In this document: piece by piece, positions 13,061 through 27,147 of the stretch
How the letters are laid out: every line of letters begins with the position of its first letter
Numbering within the stretch: the stretch's first letter is position 1
Origin: Octopus sinensis
Lineage: Eukaryota
Direction of reading: 5' to 3'
Assembly (NCBI RefSeq): GCF_006345805.1
Contig: NC_043006.1
Coordinates: 93,434,001 to 93,498,000 of the forward strand
Length of the DNA stretch: 64,000 nt
Translations under genes and position numbers: made by a program
The notes under the pieces: generated by a model
The model's database searches: none
The model's input: only the letters and a program-made list of their open reading frames with translations
Told to the model about the DNA's origin: nothing

Positions 13061-15334
13061 TTGGTATGCATCTTTTAACCAAGTGCACTTTATAAAACGC
13101 TAAACACTGTGTTTGTTAACGAAATGAGATATTGCTGTTTTGGTATTTTGTTTAATAGAAATATTTCGTTGAAAGAATGCGATGATGTTTCACTATTGCT
13201 GATCGGAATGCGTGCAATAGTTAATTCAGTTTCGCTACGCCACTTGATGTATCGATGACAGTTGTACTGTAACATCGCCAGTACTGTAACTGCACAATTA
13301 AATGAAATTATACTGTGTAAAACCTATCAAATTTTTCAGCATCAATTAAATGAAATTATATTTTTTTCAGTTTCTATGTATTTATATTTCCATGCGTTAG
13401 CCTCAACGAAAATGCTTCAGATGGTAACAAACGCATATCGTTGTCTCTATTGTCGCTGCTGTATGGTTGTAGTATCGCAGGCATGATTGAATGGTTACGA
13501 TGCTTGCTTTGTGAACACGAAGTTGCAGATTCGACATCGGTTCTGACATGTCGGACAAATAAGTTTTGTCCCTTTATATCATAGCTTCGGATCGGTCTAA
13601 TTCTCGTGAGTAAAATTAGAGATTTCGATGCAAGATTCGGTGAAAGACCGCTTTTTATAAAGTTGTTATTTCTCTTTTAGAGCTTTTCTAGAAACTAGAG
13701 CTTCTTTAATTATGTTAACCATTTCGATTAAATCACTGTAAATATCTGAAACTAGACCACAGAAAATGAAAAAATTAAAATAACACCGACTTTATGTCTT
13801 ATTCTCAAACGAATGCGCCGCCAATTTATGTAGAGTAAGAGGAATCGTAATTAATGTATAGATTTATATTCTCAAAAGAAAGAACCTATCAGAAAGTATT
13901 CAAATTAAAGTTTTCTCGGAATCTCGTTTTATTTATTGAATACATCAAATAATATAAAGTTTCGTCTGTGTACAGAATACTCACAGCTACATTATTTTAT
14001 TAATATATATGATAATTATTGCAATAAATCAAACGCGATATCAAATCTCCAAATCTCTAATTAGAATATATGAGTGACCTCTACACTTTTCTATTGCTTG
14101 ATGTGACTGTAATGTTTAATTATTAGATTTCGAGTCAAAATCTATCTATTTGGTAGTCTAAAGAATATATTTAACCTCAAAAACTTACAGAAACAATTGT
14201 ATTTCACATATATTTGGCCTTTAGCAATTGAAAATGTAATCCCTAATTTTAGCTGACCATTTTCATGTTTAATCCTTTAGTGTCAGTTTGGTAATTTTAT
14301 CACTTTTAAGGTGATATTTAACCTCATAAACAATTTTGCCAATTGTTTTGTATTCAGTGAAACACTGGCCAAGAAACGTAATTGTGTATGACCCGGTTCT
14401 TTTAGCTATAAATAGTATTGTGCGTTAGACGCTCATTTTTCAAATTTAGTTCATGTTTAATATTATCATACATGAATTTTATCAATAAACTATTCCCTTT
14501 TATCTTCCATACAGTTCCAATTTCAGATTGTTGATATAGGTATGTTTCGATATGTAGTTAAATCGCTGCAACTATATTGCTAGAATTCATTTTATCGATA
14601 CAAGAAATGTGAAATTTAAAGATCAACCTCTGGTTTGAGCATAGAACTTATTATTGAAAGCTGAGAAATAAATTTAGTGAAGAAACACCGTAGAAAGAGC
14701 GCAAAAAGGTGATTTTCATTCCTGATCGCAGCTCACTCGCTCCTTTTGGTTTCAATCGAGAGATTCATGATCACTAACATTCTATTATTCAATATCCTTT
14801 ATAACTTTTGAATTTCGAGTCAGATTACAAACACAACAAGTGTATTGATAATATTTGTTTAAAGTAAAAGAATGAGTTTACTCTAGGGATACGTTGATGG
14901 TGTTACGTTTCTCTTCGTTATATATTGATTTGGTGAGAAGGAATTTGAAAATTGACAGCTAGAACTCTAATATATGGAATTGAATTAAAACTTTTGCTCC
15001 CTTTTTATAATGTCATTGTCGGTATTATTTCGAATTCAGAAATGGTTTCAAGAGAGTCACACAACCGGCAGTAATGACAGATTTGAAATATATTATGGTA
15101 AAACCTGATTCCATATAAGTTTTAAAAAGATGATGGTATTTAGGTACAGACGCTGGTTTTGTGGCACTTTTTACTTACTAAACAAAATATACGGAAATAT
15201 AAACGAAGTGGGTTTTCCAGACTTGCAACACACAAACGGATATTTATATTGGATATATGAAAGATTAATCTGGCAAATTGATGGAAATCGGTCGGTCGTT
15301 ATGTTGCACTTACATTTAATATACGCAAATAAAT

Positions 15335-15365
<31 letters not shown>

Positions 15366-15536
15366 CGGTTAGTAAGGAGAGACACAAATAAGTGAGAAGA
15401 AAACAAAGGACCACTGATGCGGTCACAGGAGTGTGACGAAAGAACTCTGACCGAAATAAGATTAAGATTAATGTAAAAAATAAATAACACTGAAGCAAAG
15501 TAACACCAAATATATAGTGCGTGTGTTTTTATTGGC

Positions 15537-16444
15537 TAAAGGTAAATCAAATGTTATCCGCACTTTCACCAAAACTGGCTGCCACATGCAATGGTCGAGC
15601 GTCCATCATTGACGAGACCAAGGAAGGTCGAAATCATGTGATCTGGTGGTCTTAGCACTGGAGATAGCGGGGGAGGAGTATATCCCACCGCTGGCGATAT
15701 AAAGAAGAGTACATGTTGCACCAGAAGCCAATATAAGTGCTTTTCTCATGATATTTACAACTGTATTGTCTATATTCTAAGAGAACATCAATGTTTAAGT
15801 GGTCATAGATATTATCTTTCGATATTTATACAAACCTTGTCGCTAATATATATTTTCCAAATGTAGTGTACAGAGTGAAAACACCAGGAACCGCCAGCGA
15901 AAGGTAAATTCAAGACAACTCTCCGCAGAAAAAATATGCCAAGCGATTTTGCGTCACAAAATGGCCTACATTGGAACAATACACAGAAAACGATCTACAG
16001 TCATGAGTGTAGGCTACAGGGAAATGCAGTCCAATAAAGTGAAACTAGTAAATCGCACCAAAAACCAAGGTCCGTTGTCAAAGCAAGTGTTATCGTTGCA
16101 TGACAACGAACGTGTTCAAACCTATGCCCACACCGTTGAAACCAATGAAAAGTTTGCTTTCGAGTTGCTAAAAGTCTGTATACAGTCCAGCTCTTTGGAG
16201 CGCTCAAACACACTTTATGAAGTCGATCTGCTACGGACGAAGAAGCGCAGGAAGTGGTGCATAAAATGGATGCGCGACCGGCCGAAGTGCTTCTTTATTG
16301 TTTAAGCAAGATTGTAGACCACTTGAAAAACTGCATCAAAAGGCAAGGGGACGCTGACAAAAATGATGTGATTGTTCAATCCCTGCTTTTGTGTTGATAA
16401 TTTACAGAAACACGAACGCTTATAGTTTTTGATTTATCTTCGCA
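15537..16444 (+). mobile_element. Decayed, internally deleted mariner transposon
   Basis: TIR remnants (AAGGTAAATCAAATGTTATCCG at ~15539 and its counterpart at 16420-16444). Protein remnants NGRASIIDE..GR, PAKGKFKT, VLSLHDNERVQTYAHTVET..FELL and KWMRDRPKCFF. Confidence 0.85.
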
Positions 16445-16904
16445 TGTGTGTGCGTGTGTGTAGACTTTTGTCTTAGCTATTGAAAGGTTTAGTCAACAAA
16501 ATCAATCAATCCCACACCATATTTTAAAGCAGGTAATTATTCTGTCGTTCTCTATTTTTTGAACTGTTGTCCTTTACAAATCTAAACGGGTTAAGTCTGA
16601 TTCTTTTATTCGTAGCTGTAAGATCATTTAATGGAATTTAAATGACAGTAATTGTTTAACAAAAATAATGTCAAAGTCAATTACAACTGAACGAATAATG
16701 TCAACAGTAAAATAATCCATAAGCCGCAAAGAATAAGTGGGAAAACATCCAAGAATGCGAGTGGAGAACCAGACACATTCTTTAAATTGAAAATGATTCG
16801 CAGAAGCAGTTCTATATGTGCGTCTATGCATTTATCTATGTATGTGTGTGTGTGTGTGTGTATGCATGTACGTGTGTGCATGTGTGAAGGTGCGTACTTT
16901 ATTG

Positions 16905-17118
16905 GTTAGGGTATTTGGCTCATGATCGTAGGGTTGTATGTTCGATTCCTAGGAGTGCGTTGTCCCAGCCCCTTTATTTCACGTTGTGACAGGTTACTCA
17001 GCTGGTAACAATGAGTAGAACTGCATTTCAAAGGGTCAGTTTTATCACATATGTGCCCTGCTGAATCTCCCAGTCAATTACGTTAAGAGCACTCGTGTCT
17101 ATGGAGTCCTCAGCCACT
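16905..17118 (+). mobile_element. Diverged tRNA-SINE, family C (..CTTTATTTCACGTTG..ACTCAGCTGG..)
   Basis: tRNA-like head with GTTCGATTCC; body shared with 19835 and the reverse complement of 22288-22780. Confidence 0.7.
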
Positions 17119-17154
17119 TACACATTACATACATACACACACACGCACACACAT

Positions 17155-17190
<36 letters not shown>

Positions 17191-17450
17191 TTATAGGTGA
17201 TAATGGTGCAATTGAAACCCAAAGGTGTCAGGTAATGCTGAATAAGTGCTATAGACAGACCGTAGTTAAGTTCCAGATTCGGTAATAATGCGAATAAAGG
17301 GTTCAAGGTTGATTTTTTTTTTAAATCTTATTACGCAAAAAATTCTTATATATATCTTTATATACATACACAGCCACACACACACACACATATATATATA
17401 CACATATATATATATATATTTATATATATATACATATATATACATATATA

Positions 17451-17887
17451 TAATATTAATTAGAGACAAAACCACTATTTTGCAAATCAAACAAGGAAAG
17501 ACTTAATCAATACATAAAAAAAATTTTAATATAAAGTAAATAAAACGCCACTACAATTGCTTCCTGCCTTCAAATGGCATTCATCAGGTGGATTTCATAT
17601 CTTCTATTCAATTTTAAAGTTATGAAGTCAATGCTCTCGGTCTCAACTGTCCACCTTCTCTAATTAAATGCCATCGGGATCAGCTTTACGTTTCATTCTT
17701 TCCAATTAAACAAATTAACTATCAGTCAAGTGGTGGAGTGGAGATAGACAATACTTATACCATCCTCTTTTTCTCTCCCTCTCTCTCTTTCGATTTCTCT
17801 CTTTCTCTCTTTCTATCTATCTCCCTATTGATTAAGTCTTTCCTTGTTTGATTTGCAAAATAGTGGTTTTGTCTCTAATTAATATTA
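17451..17887 (-). mobile_element. Non-autonomous PLE-type element with a 62-bp perfect inverted terminal duplication and a hammerhead
   Basis: 17451-17512 is the exact reverse complement of 17826-17887; both arms are flanked by (TA)n; hammerhead on the minus strand. Confidence 0.75.
17548..17591 (-). ncRNA. Near-intact minimal type I hammerhead ribozyme
   Basis: Minus strand reads CCAC-CTGATGA-ATGCC-atttgaa-GGCAG-GAAG-CAATTG-TA-GTGG: 4-bp stem I, intact CUGAUGA, stem II, palindromic helix III and GUA site. A15.1>G and one stem II mismatch. Confidence 0.75.
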
Positions 17888-17988
17888 TATATATGTATAT
17901 ATATATAAATATATATATATGTGTGTATATATATGTGTGTGTATATACATATATATATATATACATATACATATATATACATATACAT

Positions 17989-18024
<36 letters not shown>

Positions 18025-18170
18025 TCTTTTATTTCCTCATGTTCCTTTCTGTTGAAGAATGTAGGCTTGAAACGTAATAGACATTCTCGTCTTCCCGAGC
18101 GTCAAACATTGTACACCTGTTTCTTGTTTATACACCTGTCTTCGTCTTCTGTTTTTCTGTAAATTTCAGC

Positions 18171-18172
<2 letters not shown>
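18025..18172 (+). mobile_element. PLE-type terminal repeat fragment with a hammerhead relic (family shared with 36110)
   Basis: CTTT-CTGTTGAAGAA..CTT-GAAAC-GTA-ATAG; the downstream ATACACCTGTCTTCGTCTTCTGTTTTTCT also occurs at ~36210. Confidence 0.55.
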
Positions 18173-18262
<90 letters not shown>

Positions 18263-18544
18263 ATATTGAAACAAAGACAGGGAGTTGTTAGATGTTCGGG
18301 AACTGAAAAACGAGTCACTAGATTGTGAAGAGGATATTTTAACCCCAAGTCCAGGCTTATTTCGCATATAAATCGCAATTCATCAACTTAAATTTCTTTT
18401 GCTTTATTATCAGTCTAATATTCCAATGCGTACGTGAGAAGATGTTTCCCAGAGACAATGACACAACGTATAGAGTGACTCGGCGTGGAGGATGAGATGA
18501 GCTGTTGTCAGATGGAACGACTGCGCTCATAAGTCTGTCGTATC

Positions 18545-18902
18545 GGTGCAGGAGTGGCTGTGTGGTAAGTAACCTGCTTACAAAGCACATCGTTCCGGGT
18601 TCAGTCCCACTTCGTGGCACCTTGGGCAAGTGTCTTCTAATATAGCTTCGGGCCGACCAACACTGTGGATTTGGTGGATGGAAACTGAAAGAAGCCTGTC
18701 GTATATTTATATCTATGTGCGTCTTTCTGTCAGTGTTTTACAACTAGTGCTGCTATGCTTACGTCCCCGTAGCTTAATGGTTCGGCAAAAAAGACCGATA
18801 GAAGAAGAACTAGGCTTACAAAGAATAAGTCCTGGGGTCGATTTATTTGACTAAGGGCTGTGCTCCAGCATGACCGCAGTTAAATGACTAAAACAAATAA
18901 AT
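18545..18902 (+). mobile_element. Bipartite tRNA-SINE, family B, near full length
   Basis: GG(T/C)GCAGGAGTGGCTGTGTGGTAAG head, GGTTCAGTCCC, GTGGCACCTTGGGCAAG; 3' module ending GCAGTTAAATGACTAAAACAAATAAA. Confidence 0.9.
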
Positions 18903-20289
18903 GTCATGCCTTGGGACTGAATTCGAAGCTATGTGGTTGGGAAGCAAACTTCTCACCGCGCAGACTAAATATGTCTCAATATTTTAGATGAGAAAACAAG
19001 ATTTTTATATGAATTTGATGCGGTTGGTATCACATTGCTGAAATTGTTGTTGTGTTGGTTTGTTTTGTTGTGTTTGTTTTCTCGATGTTGTTGTTATTGT
19101 TGTAGTTCTTGATGCTTGATGACCAGAGTGAAGTAGCAAAAAATAAATAAGGAAAAATTATATCACATAAAAAATTATGCATAAAAACTACGTTGATATC
19201 TTCTCTCATGCGTTTTGATTTTTATCTCGTTTTTTTTTTCTTGCTATTTAATTATTTTCGTCCATTAGTTTTACTTCCTGTGTGATGTTTTATTCAACGT
19301 TCCGCATGACTATTTATTAACGCAAATTATTGTTGAAAATAGGCGCTAAATAGATTGTTGTCATAGCAACACAAAAGCATAACCAAAAAGACACAAGTCG
19401 ATATCGAAACTATATCAAATTAATAAAGGAGCTTATGAAAATTTTAGATAAATTCTATATTTGAAAAAAAAGATAAAGAAACAGAAATGTCTCCATGTTA
19501 TGATTCTTGCATGCTTCCGTTTGTAAAATTTTAATAATCCTATTACTGAAAACGAAGGAAGTGAAGCGAGGTTCAATAATAACATATGTCTTATTTAGTG
19601 AACAATTTCTTTTCCTAGATATTTGCACCGGATCACATAGAGTTTTCGAGTATCAAATCTATTTACAATGGATGTCAAAATAGTTATTTAGGATTTCGTT
19701 GAAGCTGTTTATTTTCTTAATTTTTTTTCCTATTAATTTTTGTTTTCAATTATAAAATCATACGTATATATGCAGGTATCAATACGTATGCATACATGTG
19801 TATGTGTGTGTATGTGTGTGCGCATGTGTGTGAGTGTTAGGTTCGATTCCTGTAGGTGCGTTATGCAAGACACTTAATTTCACGTTACCCCAGGTTCCTC
19901 AGCTGGTAAGGAGGAGCAGTACTAGTATTTCAAAGTAGGTATTTTTGAGGAAGCATGCATTTTTCCTGCAGAATTTAAGTGAGCTGCTCGAAAACGCGTC
20001 GTGAGTGTAGAAAACGGGGGAACTTTCGTCTACAGTGTCTGCGGGTGTGTGTGTCCATCAAGATCTGAGTTCATTAGTCACCAGCGGAGCTACAAGAGTA
20101 AAGTATGATTTTGTCTGAGTGCACAATGTTTTCAATGGTCAGTGAGGTCTTAACTCGGTCACTAGCGGACAACCATCGTATATGTGCGTGTGTATGTGTG
20201 TGTATGTGTGTGTTGTGTGCGCATGTTTGTGTGTGTGTTTGTGCGTATGAAGTTATAAGTTCTTGATTTATTACTATCAAACCACTTCA

Positions 20290-20485
20290 GGTGACCAGTG
20301 GCCAGAATTGTCATCACGCCGGGCAATAATGCTGCGCGGCCTTTCGTTCGTCTTGGTTTTCTGAGTTCAAATGCCGCTGAGGTCGACTTTCGAAGTCGAT
20401 GAAATAAGGACCACTTGAACGTTGTTGTCCTTGTAATTGACTTACCGCTGATTTCAAAATTGCTGGCATTGTGCTAAAACTAGAA
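20290..20485 (+). mobile_element. Diverged family A SINE
   Basis: TTCTGAGTTCAAATGCCGCTGAGGTCGACTTT; tail AAAATTGCTGGCATTGTGC. Confidence 0.7.
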
Positions 20486-20699
20486 AGAATTATAATTACT
20501 CGGCCTCTAGAAGACGTACCGTAATCCCCAATGCAGAGGGATAATCTCTTGGTGTTGTTTCTCTTTGCTCATTTTCATTTCAATTAATGAATCAGTGAGA
20601 CCATAATTGTTTTTTAACTCTCTTTTGTGCAAGTCTAAATCCTTTGGCTGCTGGAGCTAAGGGGGAATAACCGTTATGCTGCTGAATGGCATCAGTTTC

Positions 20700-20910
20700 A
20701 GACTCTGGCACAAGGCCAGCAATGTCGGGGGAGGCAGTAATTCGATTATATCCACCACCACCCAGTGATCAAAGGTGATTATTTTCTCGCCCTCGAAAGG
20801 GTGAATGGTAAACTTAACTTCGGTAGAAATTGAACTCAGAACATTAGGACAGACGAAATATCTCTAGGCGTTTTGCCTGGTATGCTAACGATTCTGCCAG
20901 CCCGCCACCT
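20700..20910 (-). mobile_element. Diverged family A SINE
   Basis: Reverse complement begins GGTGGCGGGCTGGCAGAATCGTTAGCA. Confidence 0.75.
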
Positions 20911-21847
20911 TGACGATGAAGAATATTGATCTGGAAACACTTGTAGACTATAAGCTTGTCTCTTTCTTTAGTCCATTTTGGGGAAATTCTAAAATCTTGA
21001 GAGATTTTCTCCCCTTCTCCAGTGGAACTTGTCATAACTACCATTTATGTTACATACTCCAGACGCGGTGAGAGATTTAATAAATTAAGAATTTTTGTTG
21101 CAAGGCATTTAACATACCGCCATTTGTCCACTGTCCCTCTTCGAGTTATTTCTCTGAGGTCATTTTTGATTAAATTATTTAAAGATAAATGGATAGGAAC
21201 ATAGTTTGGACGAGTCAAATGACAAACAAAATGTTGGTTTTACATTTTCGGAACCTTGCATCAACCTTAGTAATTAACTGATACTTATTCTATCAACCTT
21301 TACAGATTGTAGGGCAAAGCTCTTCTCGGCATTATGTCAACCTCCATCTTCATTGCTACCATCATCTTCTTAACGTTGTCAACATTATCTCTCTACGTAC
21401 ACAACTCAAGCAACACTGCACAGGTTCCAACTTAACACTGTTTGTTAATTACCTCACCATGATTAATAGCAAATATACAACCAGCAAGAACTCCTGTACC
21501 AAGTAACCTTGTCCACAGCATTACAGCCACAACTTCGTATGACACGTATCGCACTAGCTCCTCATCATCACCAAAACGTCTTGATACAGTATTTCAATTA
21601 CTCTGTACAATTGACTACGAAATGGTATTTCTTATTCTTGTGTCTATGATTAAGCATTTTACCCTGCTCACTGCTTTAATGACAAACAAATATCATCAAC
21701 AGATGGAGAAAGCAAAGAAAATAAGCGACAGAGACTTGATCAAAATTTTCCGACTCTGACTCTTCAGGTGCTTGATCAAAATCACCAAGAATCATGTAAA
21801 GATAGTGTGTGACTAACCAATAGACAAACACTTCTAACCTAAACGCA

Positions 21848-22017
21848 CCATATTTACTCGTGTATAAGTCGCAGCCACAATTTAGTGTTAAATATTGGTA
21901 CAAGTTTTCCTTTCGTAGTTTCACCTTTGCCACATGTATAATCTGAACACCAATTTTCTTTTTTCTGTTAAAATCAAACATGAAATAGTGCTGCGTATTA
22001 TACGCGAATAAATATGG
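21848..22017. mobile_element. pogo/Tigger-like MITE
   Basis: Imperfect TIRs: left CCATATTTACTCGTGTATAAGTCGCAGC; right, as reverse complement, CCATATTTATTCGCGTATAATACGCAGC. Confidence 0.7.
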
Positions 22018-22287
22018 ATGTAACTGCTTTTGCCAAATCAGAGAGATACTGCTGAATCTTTCAATTACAGATGCCATCCCTCTGGTGGACTCGCTCATAC
22101 GATTTCCATTTGCCCGATTTTACTCACAAAGTATCGGGTAATTTTTAAGTGATAGAAAATATCATTTTTCCAAGCCCCCACAAAAAGCAATGAAACCTAG
22201 GACCTCGTAATAACGAAGCAAATGTCCTAGTCATTTAGGACATTTAGGACAACAAAAGTAATGTCCCTCCGTCGGTTATGACGATGC

Positions 22288-22780
22288 GTGTTCCAGTTGA
22301 TCCGATCAACGGAACAGCCTGCTCAGGAAGTTACCATGCAAGTGGCTGAGCACTCCACAGATACGTGTACCCTTAACATAGATTTCTGGGAGAGATTCAG
22401 CGTGACACTGGGTGTTACAAGGCTGGTCTTTTCAAAAACAGGTACTACTAATTTTTGCCAGCTGAGTGGACAAGAAATAACAAAAAATAACTGACACTCC
22501 ATCAGTTACGGCAACGAGTGTTCAAACTGATGCGATCAACGGAAACGAGCAAATGGCTGATCACTCCACAGAAACGCCTACATTTAAAGTTGTTCTCAAG
22601 TAGATTAAGCGGCACACAGAGTGTGACACGGCTGGCTCATTGAAATACAGGAGCTATTCACCTTCTTCGTTGCCAGCTGAGTGGACTGGATCAACGTGAA
22701 ATAAAGTTTATTGCTCAAGGACTCAACACACCATCGTGTTTCGAACTCATCCTCGTGAGCTGAACATCCTTAACCCCAAA
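22288..22780 (-). mobile_element. Two tandem family C SINE copies (22288-22470 body; 22517-22780 with tRNA head)
   Basis: Repeated GATCAACGGAA..GGCTGA.CACTCCACAGA..GCCAGCTGAGTGGAC. Confidence 0.8.
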
Positions 22781-23364
22781 CGACGCGTCTTCACAACAGA
22801 AGCAATAAATCCAAAGAATACAAAATGAGATTATTTTAGATGCGGGAAAGTTTTGAAAAACATCTTGACTTTGTTTTCGTGTCTCTCCCCTTCGCCATTA
22901 AAATTACACATACGAAATTACATCGATTGCAATAAAGAGTTAGCTGTACCTTTAAGTCAAAATGCCAAACTATCAGTTACGTTCTGAATTGTTTATATGC
23001 AAGGTAATTTCTTAAACTATTTCTTCGGATTCTTACTTCCATATTAAATACTGTGTTTCATTTGGAATCAGTAAACGACTACAATAATTCGGTTGTTTCG
23101 CCGGAAATTTATAGCTATAAACTTTCCTCTTTGCTTTAAAAGACACTTTTTTCTTTCTTTTTTCCACCGGTACATTTCCGCGATATTTGAAGGAAAGAAA
23201 ACAAAAATACATTATGTCCTCGGTGTGAGATTTTGCTCAAAGTCATCGTAATTGAACGTAGATTTGTTTTTTTCTTTTTATCAACGTCAAGACTATGATA
23301 CCGATTCAATATGTAACAGAGAACATTTGTATATCAATTATATATACTTTGTAAACACACGCAC

Positions 23365-23507
<143 letters not shown>

Positions 23508-23952
23508 CATATATATATAATATATATATGTATATATATACCAGAATAATTATTCCGATATAAGAATACCATTTCATAGTAATACATTTATTGCCTCCCG
23601 GATTTCAGTTTTAGACACACCTATTCATGTCAAACAAAAAAAAAATCACATGAACATTTTAGCTTTACATGAATATTTCTCTTCCTAATTTGTATAAACA
23701 TATGGAGTCTCTATATTCCACACTACCTGCCTCAGTCCTCTCTGTTAAGGAGCAGGAGATGATGTAGTTATAGACACAGAAAAGTGTCGTTAATCAAACG
23801 AGATATCAATTTGTTTTCCATAGTGTTATATCTTGAAGCAACAGAGGAAAATGAGGACTGAAATATCGAGATTCTTGTTTAATGCTAGCTTTCTTTCCAT
23901 CTTTGACATCTTTTATTTTTATTTTTTATTTTGTGTGTGTACATATACATAC

Positions 23953-24009
<57 letters not shown>

Positions 24010-24150
24010 CGCGACGTGTGCAATTATTTAAACCTAGACAGCCCGGTTTTGATTCCTGGTTTGGGAACGTATATTTTTCAAGATGATGCCTCACTATGGC
24101 CAAAGTCAGTGACTAAAGCAAGTAAAAATAATATATACATATATACATAT

Positions 24151-24204
<54 letters not shown>

Positions 24205-26112
24205 ATACGTATATGTAAGTGTATATTATCTATGCACACACACACACACACACATTTATATATTAAATGCATGTATTTAAGCACATTAGTAGATAAACAG
24301 ATGAATGATAGAGACAAGATGGCAAGTGCGTCGATTATCATTCCTCATAATCATTGGATGTGTCGTATACAATTTATGGGTATCTACCGTATTTATCACA
24401 CGATTTATATCGTGTTATAAAAGAATCTCTTTGGTTTCTATCCTACCATATCTCATACATAAATACTTTGTCATACAGATTCCTACCTTCCTGTATCCCG
24501 TAGAGTTTACTGCAGATAATCGCTGCAAATTGCCGACATACTGTGAAATTAACAATTGTTTTCCCTAAATACGCATTTCTGTATAGATTAAATGCACAAT
24601 ACAAGCACCTACCATGAAAGTTCACAACAACAATATCTATCCACCTCCTCCTCCTCCTCCTCATCATCATCATCATCATCATCATCCAATGAGGTCAATA
24701 GAGATGAATTTCGTGACATTATACGTGAATGTTTGTATAGGGAAGAAGGAAGACGCCTGGCGTAGCCGACAGTGTGTTGCAAGACCGTGGTTTCGATTCC
24801 AGGTCGGAGCAGTACATTGTGTTTTTGAGAGAAACATTGCGTTTCACGTTGCTCGTGGAATGAACTGACATTCTGGTTGAATGTTGTGATCCTGGCCACT
24901 TTTATACCATGGAAACCAGGTAACCGCTCCTCTGAATCCTCGACTCGGGACATCAATGTCCAGATGTCGTTGTTGTTGTTAATGATAAGGAGGAGGACGA
25001 TGTACAGGAGAGATTAAATCAATTGACTGTAATCGATTAGTGCTCTTTAATTAGCAGTCGTCGAAGACGAAGAGTAATGTAATTACTGGCATATTTTGAA
25101 AATGGAATCCCGAGCTGATAAAACCAAAACCAAATACGTCATTCTTTTATGCTATTCCATGAAGACCATCTTTGCCATTTCTAATTTATTGACTCTAAAC
25201 ACATATTGTATGAGATATAGCTTAATTTAATTTAATCAGAAGAAACTTTAAAAATTGTTCTAAAAATATTTGATTTAAGATAAACAGTAACGAGATAATT
25301 CAATAACCAGAGAAGTAAGCAGGCGCATGGAAATTTGTTACCAATAAATTGAGTCAGAGTAACAAATGAAATCTTGAAAATATAAATTTTAAACTGAAAG
25401 AAAAACTAATATTTTTTTTTAAATAAAATAATCTTACTTGAAACATACAAGCAAAAATTATTCTAATTAAGCTTATGTAAGTATATCTAAAAAAGTAACT
25501 GAATTGCTGCCAGTTTTTCCTTTCACCTCGTCACACTTTTCTTAAGTACAAATGCCTGACACTAATCATCTCTTGGCAGTAATGAAATAAGATCACTTCA
25601 TATATCCCGTTTCCCCTTCCATGAGCCATCGTCTGTTGCTTAACAATATTTCCCCCATTAAATTGACGTCAGTAAACCCAGCTAGTTTCGATGTTCAACA
25701 AAATAACTTCTATATAATCGCGTAAATTGCTTGAAATAGCAGCCAAGTCTATCCTAAATTATTGGTCTTGTACAGTTGCTTCTCTGAAACAATGAAGTGG
25801 AAGTAAGGCGTATTTCATATTGTTTTTTAACCCAACCACTTCTATCAAGATATTAATAGAAAGACTAGCTGAGAGAGAAAGAGAGAGAGGAAATTGTGTT
25901 CTGACAAGCGAGACGATCCTACTGTATGTTGTTGTTGTTTGTTCCTTCTCTGGCAATGCCTTGCTCATAAGGACCGGTTTCCCCGTTTCATTGGCGTATA
26001 GGTTCCCCAGCCTGGACGGGACGCCGGTCCGTCACAATTTTGCTGTATCACTGTCTAATAATATTTTCCCCTGTAAGTTGATTTTAAAATATATCGACTG
26101 GTATCTTTATAC

Positions 26113-26290
26113 CAGTACTCCACAAAACCAATGTGCCGTGGCACACTGGTGTGTCACAAGACGATGCTCAATGTAACCTGAATATGGGTCTTCCTCTATA
26201 CTTTTAGTTATACTTTTTAGTTCAGGTGTGCCCCCGAATTTTGAAAAGAGTATAAGTATACCACAAATGAAAGAATGGTTTGGGAGCAAG
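26113..26290. mobile_element. hAT-type MITE (diverged)
   Basis: CAGTACTCCACAAAACC..TGTGCCGTGGCACACTGGTGTG left end and GGTTTGGGAGCA right end resemble hAT non-autonomous termini. Confidence 0.5.
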
Positions 26291-26422
26291 CTTTAAACAA
26301 TGAGAGAGCTTTTTCCTGCCGATCAATCTGCTGCGGAAAAATGAAATTCTCTGTCATATTGCTACCGTCTAGGATATATCAGGCACGGCGGTTTCTGATA
26401 TTCGTCGTGTAATTTCGGAGAT

Positions 26423-26461
<39 letters not shown>

Positions 26462-27147
26462 ATTTTAATTGGTGCAAAGTTAGAAAAGTGACTCGCAAAC
26501 CAAAAATTCCGAACATTGCACTCTCCAAACCGATCTCAAAACTGGCAGGGCTTCTTTGTATACAGAACAAATGCTTCTGTACAGTGAAAACAAATGTTAA
26601 ATCTTCGGTTTTATTTCTTCTAGAGACAATTTTCTTTCGTCTCGAAAGACGTGATACGTTTCTATGCCAACATTTTCCCCGTGTTTGCTAGATTATAGGA
26701 TGAGTGTACCGCCGATGGGTTTTAGTTCCTCATTAAAAGGGATCTAGATTAGTAGTATACGTAATAATGTGGGAGGCATGCACTATAACAGCGCGTCACT
26801 GCATCTATCTTTTCTTGGTAAATCCTGACCCCCACCCGGGGTAGATGACACTTTTGTCACCATTTAGGCGGCAATACTCCAGCCCTGGGGTCTGTTTGTG
26901 TTGTCGTTGTTGATGAAGGTTTTGCGAGATCGGAGTAAAGATCTTACCTCAGCCTTCTTTTAGTCGCCTGAAAGAACGGTGGATTTATTCTTTGAGATGC
27001 CGGTCCCCACAAATCACTGGAACAGCGTGAGGTGAAATGTCTTGCTCAAGGACTCAACACACTACATGGTGCAGGAATCGGGCACACGATCTGGTGATCG
27101 TTAATGCAACACGCTAACAACCATTAGGCCACGCATCTTCAGTGGTA

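Noticed and set aside
21676-22098. 140-aa minus-strand ORF with an acidic patch (DFDQAPEESESENFDQ)
   Set aside because: It runs through a MITE and no domain is recognised. The CTGAAGA..GAAA within it has no valid stem II.
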